48,675 bases of DNA from Thermoanaerobaculia bacterium (lineage in GTDB: Bacteria; Acidobacteriota; Thermoanaerobaculia; Multivoradales; UBA5704). A model generated the notes under the pieces. The model did not search any database, had not been told where the DNA came from, and saw nothing but the letters and a program-made list of their open reading frames with translations. Both the position numbers and the translations under genes were made by a program. The number at the start of each line of letters is the position of its first letter. Within the stretch, counting starts at the first letter, position 1. This document shows positions 11,224-19,061 of this stretch, piece after piece. Location: assembly GCA_035633875.1 (NCBI GenBank), contig DASQEB010000617.1, positions 1-48,675 on the forward strand, written 5' to 3'.

Positions 11224-11847
11224 TTGCCGTCCATGCTCCGGGACGATCGCAACGTTTCCCGCAAGTTCTCGTTCGACGCGGCCTACTACCGAAAGTATTA
11301 TCAAAACCCCCGCACGCGTGTTGCCGATCCGGAGAGTTGCGCGGTTCTGGCCGACTTCGTGCTCGCCTACCTGAAGCTGCTGCAGGTGCCGGTGGCGCGG
11401 GTGCTGGACATCGGCTGCGGGATCGGGCTGTGGCGCCGGGAGGTCCTGCGGATCAACCCTGCCGCGCAGTACGTGGGCGTCGAGAAGAGCGAGTACGCCT
11501 GCCGCAAGTACGGATGGCAGCAAGGGTGCCTCACGAGCTACCGGCCGGCGGAGGGCTTCGACCTGGTCGTCTGCCAGGGCGTGCTGCAGTACCTGGACGA
11601 TGATGAGGCGGAGACGGCACTGCGGAACCTGCCCAGGCTCGCCCCGTCCGCCCTCTACCTCGAGATCCTCACCCTGGAAGACTGGGAGCGCAACTGCAAC
11701 CGGGAGACCACCGACGGGCAGGTCTACCTGCGGCCCGTCGCCTGGTATCGCAAGCGACTCCGGCGCTGCTTCCGGGCCTGTGGAGGAGGCCTCTTCCTCG
11801 CCCGGAGCTCGCCGGCCGTGCTCTACGAGCTGGAACATCTGGCGTAA
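11224..11847 (+). CDS. class I SAM-dependent methyltransferase
   Basis: 207 aa with the VLDIGCGIGLW SAM motif I and a downstream DLVVCQGVLQYL motif. Confidence 0.8.
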   Translation: MPSMLRDDRNVSRKFSFDAAYYRKYYQNPRTRVADPESCAVLADFVLAYLKLLQVPVARVLDIGCGIGLWRREVLRINPAAQYVGVEKSEYACRKYGWQQGCLTSYRPAEGFDLVVCQGVLQYLDDDEAETALRNLPRLAPSALYLEILTLEDWERNCNRETTDGQVYLRPVAWYRKRLRRCFRACGGGLFLARSSPAVLYELEHLA

Positions 11848-11896
11848 TCGCCAGGCCGCTCCACGCTATGATCCCCACCGGAAAGAGAGCGCCACT

Positions 11897-12928
11897 TTGC
11901 TGAATATCCTGAAAGACCTCTTCAAGAAGGAGTCTTCCCCGGCGGAAGGGATGACCCCGGACGGCCGTCTCGCGTCCGACCTCTGGGTGGACCAGCCGGA
12001 TGCCCATCAGCGGCTCCAGCGGATGACCCGGAAGGGGGAGGTCCGGCCGGAGCAGGCGGAGCGGCTGGCCCATTTCGTGGACAAGGGGTATCTCACCTTC
12101 TCCCTCGATCTGCCGGAGCGGGTCTACAGCCAGGTCCAGGCGGACGTGGACCGGGTGTGGCGGGAGAAGCCCGGGGATCTCGCCTGGGCCAACCAGGGGC
12201 CGCTCCGCTCCTTCGTGGAGGCCGACGAGGCGCGGGACCGCAAGCCGTCCTACCGCATCGCCGACCTCTTCACCCACAGCGAGGCCGCCCTCGAGCTCTA
12301 CCTCTCCCGGACGGTGTTCGAGCACGTCGAGCTCATCCTCGGCCAACCGGCGGTGGCCACCCAGGCGCTCTACTTCGAGTACGGCAGCCAGCAGGGCCTC
12401 CACCGCGACCCGGTTTTCGTCCAGGCGAAACCCGCGAGCCACCTCGTGGCGGCGTGGATCGCTCTGGAGGACATCAGCCCCCGGTGCGGCCCCCTGGTCT
12501 ACGTTCCCGGGTCCCACCGGCTGCCGTACTACCAGTTCGAGCCGGGGGAGCATCGCTACGACCAGGGCCGGTACGGGGAGGCCGAGACCCGGGCCATGGC
12601 GGAGTTCGACCGCCAGCAGGTGGCGGACCGCAGCCTTGCCTCCGAGGTCTTCACCTGCAAGCGGGGAGATGTGCTGATCTGGCACGCCTCGCTCCTCCAC
12701 GGCGGCTCGATCGTCGAGGACACGTCCCTCACCCGGAGGAGCTACGTGGTCCACTTCTCGACGCTCGCCCACCATAAGATGCGCAAGCAGCGCATCCTCG
12801 AGCGCGTCCTGCTGGAAAACCGCGAGGCCGTCGACCGGCCGCGGATTTTCGAGACGGACCGCCTCCTCACCCGCAACGGCTGCCACGGGCTGGACAACCC
12901 CATGCGGGGATACGAGCCCCCTCTCTGA
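11897..12928 (+). CDS. phytanoyl-CoA dioxygenase (PhyH) family Fe(II)/2-oxoglutarate oxygenase
   Basis: It has a HRD facial-triad segment (QQGLHRDPVF), a distal H (LIWHASLLHGG) and an R (RRSYVVHF). The start is uncertain: TTG at 11897, preceded by GAAAGAGAG, or ATG at 11951. The upstream part of the 11600..12928 track ORF overlaps the previous gene and is not counted as coding. Confidence 0.85.
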   Translation: MLNILKDLFKKESSPAEGMTPDGRLASDLWVDQPDAHQRLQRMTRKGEVRPEQAERLAHFVDKGYLTFSLDLPERVYSQVQADVDRVWREKPGDLAWANQGPLRSFVEADEARDRKPSYRIADLFTHSEAALELYLSRTVFEHVELILGQPAVATQALYFEYGSQQGLHRDPVFVQAKPASHLVAAWIALEDISPRCGPLVYVPGSHRLPYYQFEPGEHRYDQGRYGEAETRAMAEFDRQQVADRSLASEVFTCKRGDVLIWHASLLHGGSIVEDTSLTRRSYVVHFSTLAHHKMRKQRILERVLLENREAVDRPRIFETDRLLTRNGCHGLDNPMRGYEPPL

Positions 12929-12941
12929 AGGACAGGTCCGC

Positions 12942-13676
12942 TCAGGTCCCGCGCACGCCCCGGCAGAGGAAGACCGCGCCCAGCCCCCCGACCGAGGCGA
13001 GGCGAGCGAGGGGGACCTCCTCGTAGCCGAAGTCCTCGGCCCGGAGCTTCGAGGGAGAGGGATCGGTGAAGTCCAGGGTCGCTCCCGCCGGGGAAAGGGC
13101 CTGAAAGAGCCGGATCTCCTGAAACCGTTTCCGGAAGAGCGACTCCCAGTCCCAGAGATAGAGATTGGACCGGTGGACGCCGGCCGCCCGGTGCTGCTCC
13201 ATCGTCCGGTCGTCCACGATGGGAGCGACCGAGGCGAGGAGGGCCCCCTCCGGAGAGAGGAGGCGCGCCACCGCGTCCACGGCCGCCGCCGGAGAGGCGA
13301 GGTGCGGCAGGAGGTTGGCCGCCACGACGAGGTCGAACGTTCCCAGGTCTCCCGGCAGCGCCTCGACCGAGCCCTGGACGAACCGCACGGCCGGCCCGGA
13401 GAAGCGCTTCCGGGCGTAGGCCAGGCTCTTCGCATCGGAATCGAGCCCCACGACCGAGCCCGCCCCCGCCCCGGCCATCCGGGCGCTGCCGTACCCGGTG
13501 CCGCATCCGAGATCCAGCACCCGCTTGCCCCGGGCGAGAGCGGCGGCGAAGACATAGAGGGCGAGATGCGCCTGGAAGAGGTCGTTCGGCACCTCGGGGG
13601 AGACCCCGCCCCGGGCCGGCAGACCGGCCTTCAGCCGGCGGAGGACGTTCACGGCGCGCTGGAGGGTGGGGGGCAT
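12942..13676 (-). CDS. class I SAM-dependent methyltransferase
   Basis: 244 aa with VLDLGCGTGYGS motif I and FDLVVAANLLPHL. It is convergent with the PhyH gene. Confidence 0.85.
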   Translation of the reverse strand: MPPTLQRAVNVLRRLKAGLPARGGVSPEVPNDLFQAHLALYVFAAALARGKRVLDLGCGTGYGSARMAGAGAGSVVGLDSDAKSLAYARKRFSGPAVRFVQGSVEALPGDLGTFDLVVAANLLPHLASPAAAVDAVARLLSPEGALLASVAPIVDDRTMEQHRAAGVHRSNLYLWDWESLFRKRFQEIRLFQALSPAGATLDFTDPSPSKLRAEDFGYEEVPLARLASVGGLGAVFLCRGVRGT

Positions 13677-13701
13677 GCGGGGGGAGAAAATAACATGAAG
13701 A

Positions 13702-13755
13702 CCTCACCCCCTGTCCCCCTCTCCCATCGCCCTCCCCCCAACCGGGAGAGGGGGA
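13702..13755. repeat. GC-rich palindromic element, copy with truncated right arm
   Basis: CCTCACCCCCTGTCCCCCTCTCC (13702-13724), a 20-nt loop, then only GGAGAGGGGGA of the right arm. It belongs to the same family as 8414-8479. Confidence 0.8.
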
Positions 13756-13835
13756 ACGCATGCCGATGGCTTTGCCGAGCTCAACGTCTCATCGGAGGAG
13801 ATGAAGCTTCCTCGTGAGAGGACGGTTCTGAATCG

Positions 13836-13888
13836 TCCCCCCTCTCCCGGGGGAAGGGAGGGCGCTGGGAGAGGGGACAGGGGTGAGG
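13836..13888. repeat. GC-rich palindromic element, copy with truncated left arm
   Basis: TCCCCCCTCTCC, a 20-nt loop, then the full right arm GGAGAGGGGACAGGGGTGAGG (13868-13888). The full arm here is complementary to the full arm at 13702-13724. Confidence 0.8.
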
Positions 13889-13943
13889 TCCGGAATTCCC
13901 CCGTCCCCCCGGGGCGTTGATCACCCATAGGAGTTTGTTTTTC

Positions 13944-15086
13944 ATGAGCAAAGACGTACCCGTCACCGGTGACACCGTCCCCACCAAATACTGGCACGCT
14001 CTGGACAACGGGCGGATCCAGTGCGACCTCTGCCCGCGGTTCTGCAGGCTGCTGGAAGGCCAGCGAGGGCTTTGCTTCGTGCGGGCTCGGCAGGACGATC
14101 AGATCGTGCTCACCACCTGGGGGCGGTCGAGCGGGTTCTGCGTCGATCCGATCGAGAAGAAGCCGCTCAACCATTTTCTGCCCGGCACGCCCGTGCTTTC
14201 CTTCGGCACGGCGGGGTGCAACCTGGCCTGCAAGTTCTGCCAGAACTGGGACATCAGCAAGTCCCGGGAGGTCGACACCCTGGCGGACCAGGCGACTCCG
14301 GAGGTCATCGCCCGGGCGGCCCAGCGTCTCGGATGCCGGAGCGTGGCGTTCACCTACAACGACCCGGTCATCTTCCATGAGTACGCCATCGACGTGGCCC
14401 AGGCCTGCCGCGAGGCAGGGATCAAGACCGTGGCCGTGACCGCCGGGGAGATCTGCCCCGAGCCCCGGGTGGAGTTCTACCGCCACATGGATGCGGCGAA
14501 CGTGGACCTCAAGGGGTTCACCGAGGACTTCTACCGCAAGATCTGCGGCGGCGATTTCCGGACGGTGCTCGACACGCTGGTCTATCTAAAGCACGAGACC
14601 GACGTCTGGTTCGAGATCACGACGCTCCTCATCCCGGGCGAGAACGACTCCGACGAGGAGCTCGACCGGATGACTCGCTGGGTGGCCGAGAACCTCGGGC
14701 CGGACGTGCCCCACCACTTCACGGCGTTCCATCCGGACTACAAGATGCTGGACACGCCGCCCACCCCGCCCTCCACCCTGCGGCGGGCCCGGCGCATCGC
14801 GATGGCCAACGGCCTCCGCTACGTCTACACCGGCAACGTCCACGACGAAGAGGGGGGCAGCACCTACTGCCACCAGTGCGGCGAGACCCTGATCGGCCGC
14901 GACTGGTACGTGCTGAGCGACTGGAACCTCACCCCCGAAGGCGCCTGCGCGACCTGCGGAACCCCCTGCGCCGGCCGCTTCGAAGCCATCCCCGGCACCT
15001 GGGGAGCCCGCCGTCAGCCCGTGCGCCTGCGCGACTTCGCCCTGCCCCGGGTGGAAGCCGCGGCGAGCCCCCTCCGCATTCTTTGA
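13944..15086 (+). CDS. amrS: AmmeMemoRadiSam system radical SAM enzyme
   Basis: Start taken at MSKDVPVTG. It has a C-x3-C-x2-C cluster (CNLACKFC), an N-terminal Cys motif (CDLCPRFC), C-terminal CHQCG...CATCG, and the HFTAFHPDYKM motif typical of this family. Confidence 0.9.
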   Translation: MSKDVPVTGDTVPTKYWHALDNGRIQCDLCPRFCRLLEGQRGLCFVRARQDDQIVLTTWGRSSGFCVDPIEKKPLNHFLPGTPVLSFGTAGCNLACKFCQNWDISKSREVDTLADQATPEVIARAAQRLGCRSVAFTYNDPVIFHEYAIDVAQACREAGIKTVAVTAGEICPEPRVEFYRHMDAANVDLKGFTEDFYRKICGGDFRTVLDTLVYLKHETDVWFEITTLLIPGENDSDEELDRMTRWVAENLGPDVPHHFTAFHPDYKMLDTPPTPPSTLRRARRIAMANGLRYVYTGNVHDEEGGSTYCHQCGETLIGRDWYVLSDWNLTPEGACATCGTPCAGRFEAIPGTWGARRQPVRLRDFALPRVEAAASPLRIL

Positions 15087-15115
15087 CCCGAGCCCCCCAA
15101 GGGGGCTGTTCGGAG

Positions 15116-15145
15116 AGCCCAGGGCGGAAGCCCCTGGGCTTTTTC
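15116..15145 (+). terminator. rho-independent terminator candidate after amrS
   Basis: AGCCCAGGG / CCCTGGGCT stem with a 7-nt loop, followed by TTTTT. A second small hairpin (AGCCCCC..GGGGGCT) lies at 15091-15107. Both sit between convergent genes. Confidence 0.6.
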
Positions 15146-15157
15146 GTCGGCCGCCCC

Positions 15158-16618
15158 CTACGGGAAGATCCCCAGATCCTGGTAGCAGATCGCGATCTTG
15201 TCGATCGCGTCGAGGAACGCCGCGGTCCTCAGGTCGATGTGGGCCCCCTTGTCGACGCGGGCCCGGTCGCGGATCTCGCGCAGGTTGTGGTAGGCGTTGA
15301 CCATCGTGTCTTCCAGGCCGGAGGTGACGAGGTCGGACTCGTCGGCGCCGTGGCCGAGGCGGGTCAGCTCTTCCTCGGTGAAGTCCCGCCCGGTCCGGTC
15401 GCCGACGGTCTTGAGGATGCGCCGGTAGGCCTGCTCCTCGAAGCGCTTCTCCAGGCGGCCGAAGCGGACGTGGGCGAGGTTCTTGAGCCACTCGAAGTAG
15501 GAGACGAGCACGCCGCCGGCGTTGGCGTAGTGGTCGGGCACGATGTAGACGCCCCGCTGGTCCAGCATCTCGCTCGCTCCGCTGGTGAGCGGGCCGTTGG
15601 CGCCCTCGACGATGATCTTCGCCTTGATCCGCGGCGCGTTCTCCTCGGTGATCTGGTTCTCGAGCGCTGCCGGGATCAGGATGTCGCAGTCGAGCTCCAG
15701 GCCTTCCCGTGGATTGGAGAGCCGGGTGACTCCGTCGGGCACGACCAGGCTGTGGATCGACTTCTTCGGGAGGCTCTGCCACTGCTTGACGATGTCGGCG
15801 GCGTCGAGGCCCCGGGGATCGTGGAGGACGCCGTCGAACTCGATGAGTCCCACGAGGATGGCCCCCATCTCCTGGAGGAACAGGGCGGTGAAGGAGCCGA
15901 CGTTGCCCAGGCCCTGGATCACCACCCGCTTGCCCTCGATCCCCAGGGAGAGGCCCAGGCGCTTCATGGTCGCCTCGACGCAGCAGACCTCACGGGTGAC
16001 GATGGCCACGCCGCGGCCGGTGGCCTCGGTGCGGCCGCGGATGCCTCCCTGGGCGACCGGTTTGCCGGTCACGCAGGCCGGCCCTTCGAGCTTGTCGGGG
16101 GCCAGGGCGGTAAAAGTGTCGACGATCCAGGCCATCTCCCGCGGGCCGGTGCCGAAGTCCGGGGCCGGCACGTCGATCCCCGGTCCGATGAAGTTCTTCT
16201 TGACCAGCTCGAAGGTGTACCGCCGGGTGATCCGCTCGAGCTCATCCCTGCTGTACGACTTGCTGTTGATCTTGATGCCTCCCTTGGCGCCGCCGAAGGG
16301 GACGTCCACCACGGCGCACTTGTAGGTCATCAGGGCCGCCAGGGCCATGACCTCGTCCTCGTTGACGCCCAGGCTGTAGCGGATGCCCCCCTTGGTGGGG
16401 AGCTTGTGATGGCTGTGCTCGGCGCGCCAGGCGTGGATCACCTGGATGGAGCCGTCGTCGCGCTCCAGGGGGAAGGTAAAGTGGTAGACGCTGTTGCAGG
16501 TCTTGATGAGGGCCAGGAGGTCCGGGTGATGGCTGGTCAGCGCCGCCGCCCGGTCGAAGTTGCGGTTGACCTGCTCGAAGAAGCTGACTTCCTGGACCGT
16601 GCGGGCTTCTTGGATCAT
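15158..16618 (-). CDS. Glu/Leu/Phe/Val dehydrogenase family protein (glutamate dehydrogenase-like)
   Basis: 486 aa with KGGIRY, PFGGAKGGI and the NAD(P) Rossmann GLGNVG motif. Confidence 0.92.
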   Translation of the reverse strand: MIQEARTVQEVSFFEQVNRNFDRAAALTSHHPDLLALIKTCNSVYHFTFPLERDDGSIQVIHAWRAEHSHHKLPTKGGIRYSLGVNEDEVMALAALMTYKCAVVDVPFGGAKGGIKINSKSYSRDELERITRRYTFELVKKNFIGPGIDVPAPDFGTGPREMAWIVDTFTALAPDKLEGPACVTGKPVAQGGIRGRTEATGRGVAIVTREVCCVEATMKRLGLSLGIEGKRVVIQGLGNVGSFTALFLQEMGAILVGLIEFDGVLHDPRGLDAADIVKQWQSLPKKSIHSLVVPDGVTRLSNPREGLELDCDILIPAALENQITEENAPRIKAKIIVEGANGPLTSGASEMLDQRGVYIVPDHYANAGGVLVSYFEWLKNLAHVRFGRLEKRFEEQAYRRILKTVGDRTGRDFTEEELTRLGHGADESDLVTSGLEDTMVNAYHNLREIRDRARVDKGAHIDLRTAAFLDAIDKIAICYQDLGIFP

Positions 16619-16750
16619 GCGACTTTTTCCTTGGGGATTGCCGCCCGATCAGGGTTCGCAGGGCGACCGGGCGACGGGGAGTGATAGCATTGTTCCCGGC
16701 GGCCGGCAAGACCCGGAGGGGAGTCGCCGTGCCGTCTTCGGGAGACGACC

Positions 16751-16972
16751 ATGGCGACCCGGCCCCTCGGACTTCTGCTCGTGGCCCTCGGCGTGGCCGC
16801 GGTGATGGTGGGCCTCCTGGTCTGGGCGGGCTGGCTCTCCTGGTTCGGCCGCCTGCCGGGGGACATCCGGATCGAACGGGAGAGCGTACGGTTCTACTTC
16901 CCCCTCGCCTCCATGATCCTCGTCTCCCTCGTGCTCACCCTGATCCTGAACCTGTTGCGGCGTTTCTTCTAA
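16751..16972 (+). CDS. DUF2905 family small membrane protein
   Basis: 73 aa, two hydrophobic helices flanking the GRLPGDIRIE signature. Confidence 0.8.
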   Translation: MATRPLGLLLVALGVAAVMVGLLVWAGWLSWFGRLPGDIRIERESVRFYFPLASMILVSLVLTLILNLLRRFF

Positions 16973-16984
16973 AGACCCATCTGA

Positions 16985-18082
16985 ATGCGCTGGCTCGAAA
17001 GAACCCTGCTGGTCGGCGTTCCGCTGCTGACGGCCCTCGGCGTGACCGTGCTCGTCTTCTTCGGGCTGCTCCTCGTCCGGCGGCTGATCGTCCAGCGCGC
17101 CGCGAAGCTCGCCGAGAGGACGCCGACCGAGGTGGACAACCTCCTCGTCGATTTCGCGCGCCGGACGCGGCCCCTGCTGATCGCGGTGGTGGCGGTCTAC
17201 CTGGGGAGCCTCGTTCTGGAGCCCCCACCCCGGGTCGTCGGCTCGCTCCGGGTGGCGATGGTCCTCGCCGTCGCCTTCCAAGCGGGGCTCTGGGTCTCGG
17301 CGGGCATCGACTTCTGGGTGGCGCGGAGCCGCAAGCGGCTGATGACGCAGGACGTCACCACGGCGAGCCTGCTGGGGGTGCTCCGGTTCGCCGCCAAGCT
17401 GGTGCTCTGGTCGGTCGTCCTGCTGGTCGGCCTGGACAACCTCGGAGTGGACATCACCGCTCTGATCGCCGGCCTGGGGATCGGCGGCGTGGCCGTGGCC
17501 CTGGCCCTCCAGAACATTCTGGGCGACCTCCTCGCCTCCCTGTCGATCGTCCTCGACAAGCCGTTCGTGATCGGCGACACGATTACGGTGGACACCCTCA
17601 CCGGCACCGTGGAAAACATCGGCTTGAAGACCACCCGCCTGCGGGCCACCTCCGGCGAGCAGATCGTCCTTTCGAACGGCGAGCTCCTGAAGAGCCGCAT
17701 CCGCAACTGGGCCCGGCTCCAGGAGCGGCAGGTCACCCTCACCTTCGGCGTGGCCTACCCCGTGACGGCCGACGAGCTGGCGAAGATCCCCGGTCTGCTC
17801 CAGGGCATCATCGAGTCCCAGGACCAGGTCCGCTTCGACCGGGCTCATTTGAAGGGTTTCGGGCCGTCGTCCCTGGACTTCGAAGCGGTCTACAAGGTCC
17901 TCTCCCCCGACTTCAAGCTCCACATGGATCGCCAGCAGGCGATCCTCCTGGAGCTGCTGCGCGCCCTGGAACGGGAGGGGATCGAGCTGGCCCTCGGCAG
18001 CCGGATGACGCTCGTGGGACCGGTGGCCCCGGAGGGTGAAGAAAGAGAGGGGGAGGAGCATGCTACGGTGAAAGCCCGATGA
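16985..18082 (+). CDS. mechanosensitive ion channel (MscS family)
   Basis: 365 aa. N-terminal transmembrane helices, the pore-helix segment GLGIGGVAVALALQNILGDLLA, the PFVIGDTI beta-domain and a C-terminal alpha/beta domain. Confidence 0.9.
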   Translation: MRWLERTLLVGVPLLTALGVTVLVFFGLLLVRRLIVQRAAKLAERTPTEVDNLLVDFARRTRPLLIAVVAVYLGSLVLEPPPRVVGSLRVAMVLAVAFQAGLWVSAGIDFWVARSRKRLMTQDVTTASLLGVLRFAAKLVLWSVVLLVGLDNLGVDITALIAGLGIGGVAVALALQNILGDLLASLSIVLDKPFVIGDTITVDTLTGTVENIGLKTTRLRATSGEQIVLSNGELLKSRIRNWARLQERQVTLTFGVAYPVTADELAKIPGLLQGIIESQDQVRFDRAHLKGFGPSSLDFEAVYKVLSPDFKLHMDRQQAILLELLRALEREGIELALGSRMTLVGPVAPEGEEREGEEHATVKAR

Positions 18083-18342
18083 GGCCCCAATCCCCCGACA
18101 CCCCTCCGGAGATCGAGGAGATGATCCTCGAGCGCTACCGCCGGATGACCCCGGGCGAGAAGCTCCGGATCGTCGAGGACCTCAACCGCGCGGCCCTGGC
18201 CATGGCCGCGGCGAGGATTCGCGCCCAGTATGGCCCGGACCTCTCCGACCGCGAGCTCGGCCTCCGCCTGGCCGCCCTCTGGCGGGACCGCGAGACGATG
18301 ATCAAGGTCTTCGGCTGGGACCCGGAGCGGGAGGGCTACTGA
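18079..18342 (+). CDS. hypothetical small helical protein, putative antitoxin partner of the downstream nucleotidyltransferase
   Basis: 87 aa. ATGA overlap with the MscS stop, and its own stop abuts the GTG start of the next gene. I recognise no family motif. Confidence 0.5.
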   Translation: MRPQSPDTPPEIEEMILERYRRMTPGEKLRIVEDLNRAALAMAAARIRAQYGPDLSDRELGLRLAALWRDRETMIKVFGWDPEREGY

Positions 18343-18924
18343 GTGGACCCGGGGGGCGTCCTGCAAGCCCTTGGGGAGGTCGTGAGGACGCTTGAAGATC
18401 TCCGGATTCCCTACCTCGTGGGCGGATCGCTCGCCAGCTCCGCGTACGGAATCCCCCGCACGACACAGGATGGAGACGTGGTCGCCGACTTGCGGCCCGA
18501 GCACGTTCAATCAGTTGTCGAGGCGCTCTCGAGCCGGTTCTATCTCGATGCCGAGCGGATGGCGGATGCGATCCGGCGAAAGGCTTCCTTCAACGTCATC
18601 CACCTCGGCACAGCGGCCAAGGTGGACATCTTCGTTCAGAGGGACGACCCCTGGTCCCTCGCGGAGATGAGCCGGCGGCGGCCCTACGCGATCTCGGAAG
18701 GCCTGACCTTCATTCTCGGCAGCCCTGAGGACATCGTCCTCGAAAAGCTCCGCTGGTTCCGGGTGGGGGGCGGCATGTCCGACCGGCAGTGGGACGACGT
18801 GTTGGGAGTCCTCAAGGTCCAGCGCGGAAAGCTTGATCTCGACTACCTGAAGCGCTGGGCGTCCGACCTCGGCCTCGGGGATCTCCTCGAAAAAGCCGTG
18901 GAGGATGCGGGAAGCCGCTCCTGA
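18343..18924 (+). CDS. nucleotidyltransferase-fold protein (pol-beta superfamily, AbiEii/MNT-like)
   Basis: 193 aa with a GTG start. The motif YLVGGSLASSAYGIPRTTQDGDVV matches the G-S ... D-x-D nucleotidyltransferase signature. Confidence 0.65.
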   Translation: MDPGGVLQALGEVVRTLEDLRIPYLVGGSLASSAYGIPRTTQDGDVVADLRPEHVQSVVEALSSRFYLDAERMADAIRRKASFNVIHLGTAAKVDIFVQRDDPWSLAEMSRRRPYAISEGLTFILGSPEDIVLEKLRWFRVGGGMSDRQWDDVLGVLKVQRGKLDLDYLKRWASDLGLGDLLEKAVEDAGSRS

Positions 18925-19061
18925 AGCGGCGTCAAGTCTCCTCCGGAGCGACATCTCTCGACGCAACGCCGCCGGCGCGCCACCGGAAGCCGGAATCACG
19001 CCCTTTTCCCTCCCTCGGCCCTGGCCGAAAAAGGCAAAACCAGCCATTCATGGGTGTTTGC

